Origin: an uncultured Solibacteraceae bacterium
GTDB lineage: Bacteria > Acidobacteriota > Terriglobia > Bryobacterales > Bryobacteraceae
Length of the DNA: 49,714 nucleotides
Reading direction: 5' to 3'
Assembly (NCBI GenBank): GCA_964390225.1
Contig: CAYMHP010000001.1
Location: forward strand, 13,609 to 63,322
Shown: positions 8,924 to 19,482 of the stretch, piece after piece
Layout of the letters: each line of letters begins with the position of its first letter
Position numbering within the stretch: position 1 is the stretch's first letter
Program-made: the position numbers and the translations under genes
Notes under the pieces: model-generated
What the model was told of the DNA's origin: nothing
Database searches by the model: none
Seen by the model: the letters and a program-made list of their open reading frames with translations, nothing else

Positions 8924-10393
8924 TTGACCCGTTCATCCAGGACGACGCGCCGGCAGATACTCGCGACCACCGTGGCAACGCCTCTGGCCCTCCTGGCCGG
9001 TTCGAAGGAAGCCGCCGCTGCGGGGACCCAGCCCAATATTCTTTTCATCCTCGCCGATGACTTCGGCTATGCCGATCTCTCCTGCTACGGGCGTCCGGAT
9101 TACACGACCCCGAACATTGACCGATTGGCCACCGAGGGAGTGAAGTTCCTGCAGGCCTATGCCAACTCCGCAGTGTGCACGGCGAGCCGCGTGGCGATCA
9201 TCACCGGCCGGTATCAATACCGATTACCGGTTGGCTTGGAAGAGCCTCTTACTGGCCGCAACGTGGGAGTCCCTCCGGAGCATCCCACCATTCCCTCCCT
9301 GCTGAGGAAAGCCGGGTATGGCACCACGCTCATCGGCAAGTGGCATCTCGGTCCGCTTCCCAGCTACGGGCCTCTCAAGAGCGGCTACGACCACTTCTGG
9401 GGGTTTCGCGGAGGCGGCCTCGATTACTTCACGCACAAATCGGGCGGCGTGAACAGCAATACGGACGACCTCTGGGACGACGACGTCAAGATTCACCAGA
9501 CCGGCTATCTCACGGATCTGCTTGCGGAGCAGGCGATCAAGTCGATCAATGGCTACGTGAAAGAGCGCAAGCCGTTTTTTATCAGCCTGCATTTCAACGC
9601 GCCTCACTGGCCGTGGGAGGGCCCGGACGACGAGGCCGTGGCGCAGAAGTACACGAACCTCGGCGCGTTCGACGCCGGCACCATCAAGACGTACGCGCGC
9701 ATGGTCGGCGAGATGGATCTGCAGGTGGGCCGCATTCTGAAGGCGCTCGACTCTGCGGGCGCCGCGCGCAACACCATCGTCGTCTTCACCAGCGACAATG
9801 GCGGCGAGCGGTTCTCCGACACGTGGCCGTTCACCGGGAAGAAGACGGATCTCCTCGAAGGCGGATTGCGCATACCGGCGCTGGTCCGCTGGCCGGGACA
9901 CATCAAGCCGCGCACCACGACCCAGCAGGTCGCCATGGGCATGGACTGGCTGCCAACGCTGGTACCTGCTGCCGGCGCCGAGATCGATTCCGCATATCCG
10001 CCCGACGGCATCAACCTGCTTCCGATGCTCACTGGTAGTGCGCCGCCCACGCCGCGGCGCGTGTACTGGCGCTATCGCCAGAACGCCCAGCAGGCCGTGC
10101 GCGATGGCGACATGAAGTACCTGAAGATCAACGAGAACACGTTTCTGTTCAACGTAGTTGACGATCCGTTGGAGCGCGCCAATTTGAAGGATCGCCAACC
10201 CGACGTCTACAAGCGGCTCGTGGAGGACTATAAAGAATGGGAAGCGGGTATGCTGCCGCTCGATCCCGCTGCCAATACGTACGGTTTCCATCCGGACCAA
10301 CTGGCCGATCACTACAGCCCTCAACCGATTGCGCCGCCGCCGGGCAGAGGAGGGCGGGGGCCAAGGCGCGGGAATCAGTCCCAGGAGCCCTAA
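8924..10393 (+). CDS. Cys-type sulfatase (arylsulfatase family) with Tat-like signal
   Basis: Formylglycine motif CTASR within SAVCTASRVAIITGRY. N-terminal ILFILADDFGYADL. Twin-arginine-like TTRRQILA followed by a hydrophobic stretch. TTG at 8924 has GGAG 7 nt upstream. The track ORF begins at GTG 8873. Confidence 0.85.
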   Translation: MTRSSRTTRRQILATTVATPLALLAGSKEAAAAGTQPNILFILADDFGYADLSCYGRPDYTTPNIDRLATEGVKFLQAYANSAVCTASRVAIITGRYQYRLPVGLEEPLTGRNVGVPPEHPTIPSLLRKAGYGTTLIGKWHLGPLPSYGPLKSGYDHFWGFRGGGLDYFTHKSGGVNSNTDDLWDDDVKIHQTGYLTDLLAEQAIKSINGYVKERKPFFISLHFNAPHWPWEGPDDEAVAQKYTNLGAFDAGTIKTYARMVGEMDLQVGRILKALDSAGAARNTIVVFTSDNGGERFSDTWPFTGKKTDLLEGGLRIPALVRWPGHIKPRTTTQQVAMGMDWLPTLVPAAGAEIDSAYPPDGINLLPMLTGSAPPTPRRVYWRYRQNAQQAVRDGDMKYLKINENTFLFNVVDDPLERANLKDRQPDVYKRLVEDYKEWEAGMLPLDPAANTYGFHPDQLADHYSPQPIAPPPGRGGRGPRRGNQSQEP

Positions 10394-10476
10394 TCGGCCT
10401 CGCTTGACATCCACCCGCGGCCTCCTTAAAATTGGCGCTGACTGGCGCTGTGTGCGTCCGTAAGGAAGAGGCTACG

Positions 10477-10896
10477 ATGAAAACCAAGTTCGCTGTTTCA
10501 GTAGCAGGTCTGTTGCTGCTGGCTGCGGTCCCGATGGCCGCGCACCACTCGTTTGCAGCCGAGTACGACGCCAGCAAGCCGCTTACGCTAACCGGTACGG
10601 TCAGCAAGGTCGAGTTCATGAACCCGCACATCTGGGTTTACCTGGATGCCAAGGATGAGAACGGAAACGTCGTCAAATGGCAGTGCGAAGGCGGCGCGCC
10701 CAATTCTCTCCGGCGCCAGGGCTGGAGCAAGGAGTCTCTCAAAGAGGGCGATCAGGTCACCATCGAAGGGTTCCGAGCCAAAGACGGCACCAACACCTGC
10801 AACTCACGATCGGTGAAACTGCCCGACGGACGCAAGGTCTTCGCCGGCTCGGCCGAAGACGGCGGCCCCAACGCGAAAGGCGCGAAGAAGGAATAG
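10477..10896 (+). CDS. small secreted protein (DUF6152-like)
   Basis: ATG at 10477 preceded by AGGAAGAGG. Signal peptide MKTKFAVSVAGLLLLAAVPMAA followed by the HHSFAAEYD motif. Followed by a classic terminator. Confidence 0.7.
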   Translation: MKTKFAVSVAGLLLLAAVPMAAHHSFAAEYDASKPLTLTGTVSKVEFMNPHIWVYLDAKDENGNVVKWQCEGGAPNSLRRQGWSKESLKEGDQVTIEGFRAKDGTNTCNSRSVKLPDGRKVFAGSAEDGGPNAKGAKKE

Positions 10897-10932
10897 TCAG
10901 CGTCTTCGGAAGAATCACGCGTGAGACGTTTG

Positions 10933-10967
10933 AAGCCCGGGAACGCTCGTTCCCGGGCTTTTCATTT
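10933..10967 (+). terminator. rho-independent terminator
   Basis: Stem AAGCCCGGGAAC, loop gctc, stem GTTCCCGGGCTT, then TTTTCATTT. It lies 37 nt after the stop at 10896. Confidence 0.8.
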
Positions 10968-11002
10968 ATCGAGCGGCTCGGCTGGCTGCCGCGGGAGGAT
11001 TG

Positions 11003-11995
11003 ATGTCAAAGCTGCAACTGACGATGGCCTGCTGGAATTACGACCGGGCACGCCCGCTGTTAGAGGGCCGGGTTCCCATTGACGGCGTCGATCTCAACTA
11101 CCTGAACCTTCCCGTCGAAGAGACGTTTTTCCGCATGCTGCGGCACCGGGAATTCGACGTCGCGGAAATGTCGCTGTCGTCGTACACGCTTTCCCTGTTT
11201 CGAGAGAATGCGCCATTCGTTGCGATCCCCGTCTTCCCTTCGCGCATGTTCCGGCATTCGTGCATTTACGTTCACGCCGATAGCGGAATTCGCGAGCCCA
11301 AGGACCTCGCCGGCAAGCGCATCGGGAATCCCGAGTACCAGATGACAGCGCCGGTCTGGATTCGGGGCACGATGAGCGATGAGTACGGCGTGCCGGTCAC
11401 CAGCCCCACTTATCTGAGCGGCGGTGAGGAAGAGCCGGGGCGCCCGGAGAAGCTGGCTCTGTCGCTTCCCCCGCAATTCCGCGTCGAGGCGATCCCCGCG
11501 ACGAAAACGCTCTCGCAGATGATCGAGAGCGGCGAGATCGATGCGCTTTATACGGCGCGTGCTCCCTCCACCTTCACTCGGGGTTCGGGCAAGGTGCGCC
11601 GGCTCTTCCCGAACTATCAGGCGGTGGAATGTGAATATTACCGGAAGACAAGAATTTTTCCCATCATGCATACGGTCGTGATCCGGCGCGATACTTACGA
11701 AAAGCATCGCTGGGTGGCGCAGTCTCTCTACAAGGCGTTCCTTCAGGCACAGAAGGAAATTTACGCGGACCTACACGAAAGCGCCGCGCTGAAAGTCACG
11801 CTTCCCTGGCTGCTGCACTACGTCGAGGAAACCGAAAAAATGATGGGACGGGATTTCTGGCCTTATGGGCTCGACGCCAACGAGCACACGCTGAACACGT
11901 TTCTGCGGTACTCGTACGAACAGGGACTCTCCAAGCGCCAATTGGAGCCGCGCGATCTGTTTGCGCCCGAATCGCTCGAGTCATTCAAGATCTGA
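11003..11995 (+). CDS. 4,5-dihydroxyphthalate decarboxylase-like protein (periplasmic-binding-protein fold decarboxylase family)
   Basis: The N-terminus MSKLQLTMACWNYDRARPLLEGRVPIDGVDLNYLNLPVEETFFRMLRHREFDVAEMSLSSY matches what I remember for PhtD-type decarboxylases. GGGAGGA lies 5 nt upstream of the ATG. Confidence 0.65.
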   Translation: MSKLQLTMACWNYDRARPLLEGRVPIDGVDLNYLNLPVEETFFRMLRHREFDVAEMSLSSYTLSLFRENAPFVAIPVFPSRMFRHSCIYVHADSGIREPKDLAGKRIGNPEYQMTAPVWIRGTMSDEYGVPVTSPTYLSGGEEEPGRPEKLALSLPPQFRVEAIPATKTLSQMIESGEIDALYTARAPSTFTRGSGKVRRLFPNYQAVECEYYRKTRIFPIMHTVVIRRDTYEKHRWVAQSLYKAFLQAQKEIYADLHESAALKVTLPWLLHYVEETEKMMGRDFWPYGLDANEHTLNTFLRYSYEQGLSKRQLEPRDLFAPESLESFKI

Positions 11996-12010
11996 AAACG
12001 GCAACGATTG

Positions 12011-13555
12011 ATGACACCGGTAAAGACGGGCACGCCGCATCGCTGGTGGGCGCTCGATCGCGGCGACTTCGATGTGACGTTGGCGCAGGTGGGATTCAAC
12101 CTGGCGCAGATGGTGATCCCCGTATTTCTGCTGGCGCCCGTCGGGATTCCGATTGTCTTCAGCGTCACGCACCTGTTGCCCGGCTACGCGCTGGGATTCC
12201 TGGTCGGCTCGCTGGGGTTGGTCCGCCTGGCGGTGGCGCTCGCGCGCCGCGAAGGGCGGCAGAACGTTACCGCACACGTGTACGGTAACAACGTGCCCGC
12301 AATCCTTTCCTACACGCTTTCGATCATGCTGCCGGTGTATTTGCAGACGCATGACGCGAACCGCGCCTGGGCGATTGGCGCGGCGGCGGTGGCTTGGACG
12401 GGCGTAATTAAGCTGGCCGCCGCGCCGTTTGCGCGAAGGTTCCGGCTGCTGATTCCCGGGCCGGCTTCGATGACCGTTTTCGGCGCCGCAATGTACAGCT
12501 ATCTCGCGCTGGTGCTGCTCCAGCGCGTCTTCGACCAGCCCATCGTCGGCCTTGTCGCGCTGGCCATCATCGCAACGACGGTGCTCTCCAACGTGCCGAT
12601 TACGCGCTGGCGCATTCCTCCGTTTCTGGTCGCCTGGATCGTGCCCTTGATCGTGGGCGTGGCCATCGGCTACAGCCGCCCGCTGTGGCAGGGCATTTCA
12701 TTGGGCCTGCCGCTTGCCGTTCCCCCGCAGCCCGTGCGCGCCATGGTGCTGGCGTTGCCCTATCTTTCCGTCATCGTTCCCATGGCCATCTATCACGTCC
12801 TTCAGGACATCGCCTCGGTGGCCGGCGCCAGCTCGGTAGGAGACGATTACGATGTCCGTAAAATCCTCGCCTGGGATGGCCTCGGAACGCTGGTTTGCGG
12901 CATCGCTGGCAGCGTGATCGCGCCGGTCATCTACGCCATGCTTCCGCCATACAAGGCCATCGGCGCCCGCATCGCGTATGCACTGTGGACCCCGGTTCTG
13001 TTTCTCGTCATCGTGATGAGTGGACTAACGGTGTTCATCGCCCAACTCTTCCCCTGGCCGATTCTCGCCGCCATCATCGCGTATGTGTCGGTCGGAGTGG
13101 GCACCGCCACCTTGCGCCGGGTCGATGCCAGGTACACGAGCGTGGTGTTGCTCGGCTTTGTGCTGCCGGCCGGCGCGGTGGTCGCCTCGGCAGTGAATTC
13201 GGCATTGCCAGCTCTGCGGCTATCTGCCGCAAATCCGGGCGTGCAGGCGGCACTGAACCGCTCGATTTACTGGTCCTCCATTCAGGGACTCGGCAATGGA
13301 TTCCTCTTCCTCGTGTTGGTGGTGGCCTCGCTGATTACGGAGATGATCGATCGCCGGTTCACTCGCGCGGCCGCCTGGTGCCTGACGGCGGCCGTGTTCT
13401 CCTGGTTCGGGCTGATGCACTCCGCCCTGATTCGGTGGGCCGCGCAGCCCGCGTATGCCGCGGGGTGGCTCGCCGCGGCGGCAATTGTCTATTCTGCCCA
13501 GTGGTGGAGAGGCGACGCGCCGGATCCGTTGCCGAACAAACCCACGACCCGGTAG
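12011..13555 (+). CDS. multi-pass membrane permease (family not resolved)
   Basis: About 514 aa and almost entirely hydrophobic, with at least 12 helices. It starts 13 nt after the decarboxylase-like gene. Placed in the aromatic cluster by context only. Confidence 0.6.
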   Translation: MTPVKTGTPHRWWALDRGDFDVTLAQVGFNLAQMVIPVFLLAPVGIPIVFSVTHLLPGYALGFLVGSLGLVRLAVALARREGRQNVTAHVYGNNVPAILSYTLSIMLPVYLQTHDANRAWAIGAAAVAWTGVIKLAAAPFARRFRLLIPGPASMTVFGAAMYSYLALVLLQRVFDQPIVGLVALAIIATTVLSNVPITRWRIPPFLVAWIVPLIVGVAIGYSRPLWQGISLGLPLAVPPQPVRAMVLALPYLSVIVPMAIYHVLQDIASVAGASSVGDDYDVRKILAWDGLGTLVCGIAGSVIAPVIYAMLPPYKAIGARIAYALWTPVLFLVIVMSGLTVFIAQLFPWPILAAIIAYVSVGVGTATLRRVDARYTSVVLLGFVLPAGAVVASAVNSALPALRLSAANPGVQAALNRSIYWSSIQGLGNGFLFLVLVVASLITEMIDRRFTRAAAWCLTAAVFSWFGLMHSALIRWAAQPAYAAGWLAAAAIVYSAQWWRGDAPDPLPNKPTTR

Positions 13556-13571
13556 GTTAGAATCTCCGTTT

Positions 13572-14534
13572 ATGCCTAGCGAACCCATTATGGATCTGGC
13601 CCACCTCGGCCACTTGGAACTGCTCACACCGAAACCGGAAGAGAGCGTCAAATTCTTTGTCAATATCATGGGAATGACGGAAACAGGCCGGGAGGGCGAC
13701 TCAGTCTATTTGCATGCCTATGATGATTACGAGCGTCACTCCCTGAAGCTCACCGCCTCCAAGTTGCCGGGCCTCGGTCACGTAGCGTTCCGCGCGCGCA
13801 GTCCCCAGGCGCTGGAGCGGCGCGTGGCGGCACTGAAGGGTTCCGGCTTCGATATAGGATGGACGGACGGCGACCTGGCGCATGGCCCGGCGTTCGTTTG
13901 CTGCGATCCCGACGGTCATAAGATCGAGCTCTACTACGAAACGCAGTGGTACCAGGCACCGCCCGAGTTGCGACCCGCCCTGAAGAACCAGGCGCAGCGT
14001 TTCCCGGCCCGCGGGGTGAACGTGCGCCGGCTCGATCACTGGAATGGCCTGGCCGTGGATATCGAAGCGAATCGCCAGTTCTTCGAGAACTACCTCGGTT
14101 TCCGGCTTACCGAGCAGATCGTCCTCAACGACGGCAGCGAGGCCGCGATGTGGATGACCTGCACGAATAAGAGCTACGATTTTGCGTACACGCGCGACCA
14201 CACGGGCACCCGCGGCCGCTTTCACCACGTTACGTATGCCGTGAACAGCCGGGAAGAAGTATTGCTGGCGGCCGATATCTTCCTGGAAAACGGCATCCAC
14301 ATCGAAACGGGGCCGCACAAGCACGCCATTCAGCAGACCTTCTTCCTTTACGTCTACGAGCCCGGCGGAAACCGGGTCGAGGTCGCCAACGCCGGGGCGC
14401 GTTTGATCCTCGCCCCCGACTGGAAGCCGATCCGGTGGACCGAGGAGGAGCGTAAGAAGGGTCAGGCCTGGGGCCTCAAGACGATCGAATCCTTCCACAC
14501 CTACGGCACGCCACCAGTCGAAGTGAAGCACTAG
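13572..14534 (+). CDS. catechol 2,3-dioxygenase-type extradiol dioxygenase (two-domain VOC)
   Basis: The internal ATG at 13572 (M40 of the track ORF) gives MPSEPIMDLAHLGHLELL. Two VOC modules, with HVAF, HHVTY and YVYEPGGNRVE motifs typical of type I extradiol dioxygenases. Confidence 0.85.
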   Translation: MPSEPIMDLAHLGHLELLTPKPEESVKFFVNIMGMTETGREGDSVYLHAYDDYERHSLKLTASKLPGLGHVAFRARSPQALERRVAALKGSGFDIGWTDGDLAHGPAFVCCDPDGHKIELYYETQWYQAPPELRPALKNQAQRFPARGVNVRRLDHWNGLAVDIEANRQFFENYLGFRLTEQIVLNDGSEAAMWMTCTNKSYDFAYTRDHTGTRGRFHHVTYAVNSREEVLLAADIFLENGIHIETGPHKHAIQQTFFLYVYEPGGNRVEVANAGARLILAPDWKPIRWTEEERKKGQAWGLKTIESFHTYGTPPVEVKH

Positions 14535-15248
14535 ATGGCCAAACAGAACCTGCTTCTGCTTCCCGGGTTGCTTTGTGATCAGGAAGTCTGGCAGAGCCAG
14601 ATCGACGCACTGGCGGACGTCGCCGTGTGTACCTGCGCCGACTACGACCTGCTCGATACCCTTCCGGCGATGGCTGAGGCGGCCCTGCGAAAAGCGCCTC
14701 ATCGCTTTGCCGTCGCGGGGCATTCGATGGGCGGCCGTATCGCACTGGAGGTTTACCGCTTCGCGCCGGAGCGCGTTACCGGGCTGGCACTCTTCGATAC
14801 CGGCTACCAGGCGCGGCCCGCCGGTCCCGCAGGCGAGGAGGAAGAACGGGGCAGGCGCGAGTTGCTGGCGATTGCAAGATCCAGAGGCATGCGACCGATG
14901 GCGCAGAAGTGGGTTCAGGGAATGGTCGCTCCGCGCCGCCTCGCCGACGATGCGTTCCTCGAATCCATCATTCGCATGTTCGAGCGGAAGACGCCGGAAA
15001 TTTATGAAGCGCAGATCGGCGCGTTGCTGGCGCGCCCGGACGCTACTTCACTGCTGGGAGAGATTCGCTGCCCCACGCTGCTGTTGTGCGGCAGCGAAGA
15101 CGTGTGGAGCCCGCCTGCGCGCCACGCCGAAATGGCCGCGTTAATCGCCGGCAGCACGCTGGCGGTCATCTCCGATTCGGGCCACATGACCACGATGGAA
15201 CAGCCTGTGGCGGTAGCGCAGGCGATGCGGGACTGGTTGGAAAAGTAG
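14535..15248 (+). CDS. alpha/beta-fold hydrolase (meta-cleavage-product hydrolase candidate)
   Basis: 237 aa. The ATG immediately follows the dioxygenase stop. Nucleophile elbow GHSMGG. C-terminal SGHM with the catalytic His. Confidence 0.8.
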   Translation: MAKQNLLLLPGLLCDQEVWQSQIDALADVAVCTCADYDLLDTLPAMAEAALRKAPHRFAVAGHSMGGRIALEVYRFAPERVTGLALFDTGYQARPAGPAGEEEERGRRELLAIARSRGMRPMAQKWVQGMVAPRRLADDAFLESIIRMFERKTPEIYEAQIGALLARPDATSLLGEIRCPTLLLCGSEDVWSPPARHAEMAALIAGSTLAVISDSGHMTTMEQPVAVAQAMRDWLEK

Positions 15249-15249
15249 C

Positions 15250-15353
15250 GCCGGCGCTCGTAAGGCGCCGGCCGAGGGGTTGTAAATCCGCAAAGGAACC
15301 CCCGGCGTTACCGCCGGGGCTGAAAGAACATTTCAGCCGCGTCCCGTAAGGGA
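15250..15353. terminator. cluster of GC-rich hairpins in a convergent intergenic region
   Basis: Four hairpins: GCCGGCGC-tcgtaag-GCGCCGGC (15250-15272); CCCCGGCG-ttac-CGCCGGGG (15300-15319); GCTGAAA-gaaca-TTTCAGC (15319-15337); TCCC-gtaa-GGGA (15342-15353). There are no clear U-tracts, so their function as terminators is inferred. Confidence 0.5.
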
Positions 15354-15374
15354 GCGGGTCCGCACGGCGCGGGC

Positions 15375-16850
<1,476 letters not shown>

Positions 16851-17006
16851 CTAGGAGCGGGATCGGTGGATCCTCATCCGGTCGTCCGGCTGCTAGGGGT
16901 GCTCTTCTGAGAGCCGTCAGACCGCTGCTTGCCTCTGATGAGAATAGCACGGCGCGTAACGCCGGCTCTCGCCCACCCGGGTGACCGGCCGGCAAATGCG
17001 CCGCGC

Positions 17007-18290
17007 CTACTTCCCTGTGTAACTCACGCGCCAGATGACTTTGCCCGCATCATCGGTGACGTACAATGCGCCCTCTTTTCCGACGGCGACACCGACCGGC
17101 CTGCCCCAGAACTGCCCCTGATCATTTACGAAGCCGGTGAGGAAGTCCTCGTAGATCCCGCTGGCGTGACCCTGATCGAGAGGCACCCGGACTACTTCAT
17201 AGCCGGCGCGCACCGCGCGGTTCCAGGAGCCGTGCTCCGCGGCGAACAAGTCGCCCCGATACTCCTGCGGAAACTGCGTCCCTTCGTAGAACGTGATGCC
17301 CAGAGACGCATTGTGCGGTTGCAGTAGAACGTCGGGAACGATCACCTTGGCCTTCAACTCCGGGTGCGCGCCGTTCTTTCGCGGATCCGGATTGCCGCCG
17401 ATGTAGTACCACGGCCAGCCGTAAAATCCACCCTTCTGCACGTGCGTGACGTAATCCGGCACGAGGTTGTCGCCCATTTCGTCGCGCTCGTTGACAGAGC
17501 ACCACAACTCCCCGGTCGTTGGATTGAGCGCCAGCCCGACGGGGTTGCGGATACCGGAGCCGTAGATGCCGATGAATTTTCCTTCGGGCGTGTATTCGAG
17601 GATATTGGCGCGGTGCTCGTTTGGCCCCTTTTCGTCGATATTGTCCGCCGACCCGACGGCTACAAACATGCTCTTACCGTCTCTGGAAAACACCACATCC
17701 CTGGTCCAATGGAAGCCACCGACCGGAAGCTCGGGGATGATCGTCTCGGCCGCGCCGCCGGCCTTGAGCTCGCCGCTCTTATACGGGAAGCGCACCACCG
17801 AGTTGGTATTGCCCACGTATACCCATTGCGGATTGTTGCCCGGCGGATAGAAATTGATTCCGAACGGGCGGTTCAAACCAGTGGCAAATACGGAAACCTG
17901 TTCGGGCTTGCCGTCTTTATAACCGCGCGCGATCTTGATCTCCCCCATCCCGCTCTCGGTAAAAAATAGATCTCCGTTGGGGGCGGTGCGGATCTGACGC
18001 GGCTCGCCGAGACCGGTCAAGTACAATTCCACCTTGAACCCAGCCGGTGCTTGCGGCATGGCGCCCTCGGGCCGCGGAATGGGGCGGCCGAAGTTGGTGG
18101 CCGATTTAGTGGCGAACGGCTTGGGCAACGCATCCGCCGTGATCTTGTGAAATGTTCCCGGCTTAAGCGACTGTGCGTCGGCGAAGGTCTGAAGGTCTTT
18201 GGGGTCGATCTTCACTCCCGCGGCATTGAGCATCCAGGCGGCGCCTGCGAGAGACACGACTCCAGCTATCGTCCATCGAAGCTTTTTCAT
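17007..18290 (-). CDS. PQQ-dependent sugar (glucose/sorbosone) dehydrogenase, soluble beta-propeller type
   Basis: The start was moved to the ATG at 18290, giving the signal peptide MKKLRWTIAGVVSLAGAAWMLNA. Motifs GLNRPFGINF, NSVVRF, HWTRDVVF, RNPVGLA, GGFYGWPWYY and ALYVTDD are typical of the sGDH/YliI family. Confidence 0.8.
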   Translation of the reverse strand: MKKLRWTIAGVVSLAGAAWMLNAAGVKIDPKDLQTFADAQSLKPGTFHKITADALPKPFATKSATNFGRPIPRPEGAMPQAPAGFKVELYLTGLGEPRQIRTAPNGDLFFTESGMGEIKIARGYKDGKPEQVSVFATGLNRPFGINFYPPGNNPQWVYVGNTNSVVRFPYKSGELKAGGAAETIIPELPVGGFHWTRDVVFSRDGKSMFVAVGSADNIDEKGPNEHRANILEYTPEGKFIGIYGSGIRNPVGLALNPTTGELWCSVNERDEMGDNLVPDYVTHVQKGGFYGWPWYYIGGNPDPRKNGAHPELKAKVIVPDVLLQPHNASLGITFYEGTQFPQEYRGDLFAAEHGSWNRAVRAGYEVVRVPLDQGHASGIYEDFLTGFVNDQGQFWGRPVGVAVGKEGALYVTDDAGKVIWRVSYTGK

Positions 18291-18388
18291 TTTTCTCCTC
18301 CAGCACGGGACCACCGCAATTCTATCTCACGGCGGAGTTGCGGAAGAGGAACGAGCGGCGGCCGGGAAGCCGCCGCTGCGAGGACTTG

Positions 18389-19237
18389 TTACTGAACTGC
18401 GGGAAGGCTTCTCGGATCGCCCGTGTTCAGGCAGGTGGGATGGCCGAAACCGCTGCCGCTTTTGCCGGTGCCGCCATTTGGATTGGGAGTAATGTCGAAG
18501 ATGATATTGTCGGGATGCGTGGCGTCGCCGGCGAAGAGACTGGCAGGTCCCGGAACGTTCTTCAGATGGTCCAAATTGAGTATGTGACGGACCCGCCAGG
18601 CGATGAAGTGGTCCGCGCAGGAGGTGTCGCCGCTCACGCCGACTCCGCCGACAATGGTTCCGCCCGTTGCGTAAAGTCCCAGGCCACCACCGAAGACGTT
18701 GACGCCGCCGATCTTGTCGCCAACCATGGGATCGTTCGCCAACCCGTAATTCTGTGACGGTCCTCCGTAGGCCACATTCGTATCCACCGGGTTGCTCGCT
18801 TGCAATCCGTAGAGGCTGCCTCCCGGCTGAACGGCTGAATAGAGGTTCGCCGTCGAGAGCGCCAGTCCACTGGGTTGGCCGGAGCCGTTGCTGTTCGAAG
18901 AAGCGTCGAGGCTGAACGCGTTGCCAGTGTTCGCCTTCTGCGCCGAAATCACGCGGCTCCCCGGCCACTGAGCGCCGCGGTTTACGCCCGAGAACGCCAC
19001 TGCGCATACAATGCCGTCGCGGTCCACAATGGTCGCCCACATTTGGTTGTTCAAGCCGGTCGTCTCGGCAGCGGTGGCCGTAATCAGAGCAGCCTTCAAG
19101 GCCGCGTACCCCGGAAGCGACCGGCACCCGCCTGCAGTGGTGCTGATGGGTGTGACGGTCTCGTCCGCTCGGGCCGGGCCGACGATAAACGAGGCGGTCA
19201 CAGCGGCCGCCGTAACGAGTAATCGTTTCTGGAACAT
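18389..19237 (-). CDS. secreted GlcG/HbpS-like (DUF336) heme-binding-type protein, extended form
   Basis: The internal ATG at 19237 gives MFQKRLLVTAAAVTASFIVGPARA. Motifs ATIVDRDG..CAVAFSG, ISAQKANTGNAF and GGGLGLY..GTIVGGVGVSGDTSCADH match the GlcG-like fold. Confidence 0.7.
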   Translation of the reverse strand: MFQKRLLVTAAAVTASFIVGPARADETVTPISTTAGGCRSLPGYAALKAALITATAAETTGLNNQMWATIVDRDGIVCAVAFSGVNRGAQWPGSRVISAQKANTGNAFSLDASSNSNGSGQPSGLALSTANLYSAVQPGGSLYGLQASNPVDTNVAYGGPSQNYGLANDPMVGDKIGGVNVFGGGLGLYATGGTIVGGVGVSGDTSCADHFIAWRVRHILNLDHLKNVPGPASLFAGDATHPDNIIFDITPNPNGGTGKSGSGFGHPTCLNTGDPRSLPAVQ

Positions 19238-19446
19238 CCTGCCTCCCTGAATCTCGAAGTGACGCGAAGTCGAACCCGGCGCAACGAAACGGGTCCGCTT
19301 CGCCTTGGCGAGTATACAAGACTGCGCAGTTTCATCGCGGGCAATGCGTACCAACTTTCGAAAATAGAGTTCTAAAGGAAGTACCCGAGTTGCGCCGCCA
19401 CGACGCCAGCGCGCACGTACGGATTTCGCAATGCTTCACCTCCGGG

Positions 19447-19476
19447 TTGCAACCGAGCTGGGCCCGTAGGGATAAT
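19447..19476 (+). promoter_or_regulatory. sigma70-like promoter, possibly giving a leaderless mRNA
   Basis: TTGCAA (19447-19452), 18 nt, GATAAT (19471-19476). The ATG at 19483 lies only 6 nt past the -10 element. Confidence 0.35.
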
Positions 19477-19482
19477 CTAGAC

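Noticed and set aside
7563-8927. 454-aa plus-strand ORF
   Set aside because: It is antisense to leuC, whose Fe-S and substrate motifs are all intact. Its sequence is Arg/His/Gly-rich shadow sequence.
9224-10414. 396-aa minus-strand ORF; also the 287-aa plus-strand alternative frame at 9175..10038
   Set aside because: Both overlap the sulfatase gene, which has a clear CTASR formylglycine motif. Both are Arg-rich and lack family features.
13701-14723. 340-aa minus-strand ORF
   Set aside because: It is antisense to the extradiol dioxygenase and the hydrolase start. It has no motifs.
18327-19319. 330-aa minus-strand ORF in an alternative frame of the GlcG-like gene
   Set aside because: Its composition is extremely rich in Arg, Gly and Pro. 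The overlapping frame (18389..19237) has a signal peptide and GlcG-like motifs.
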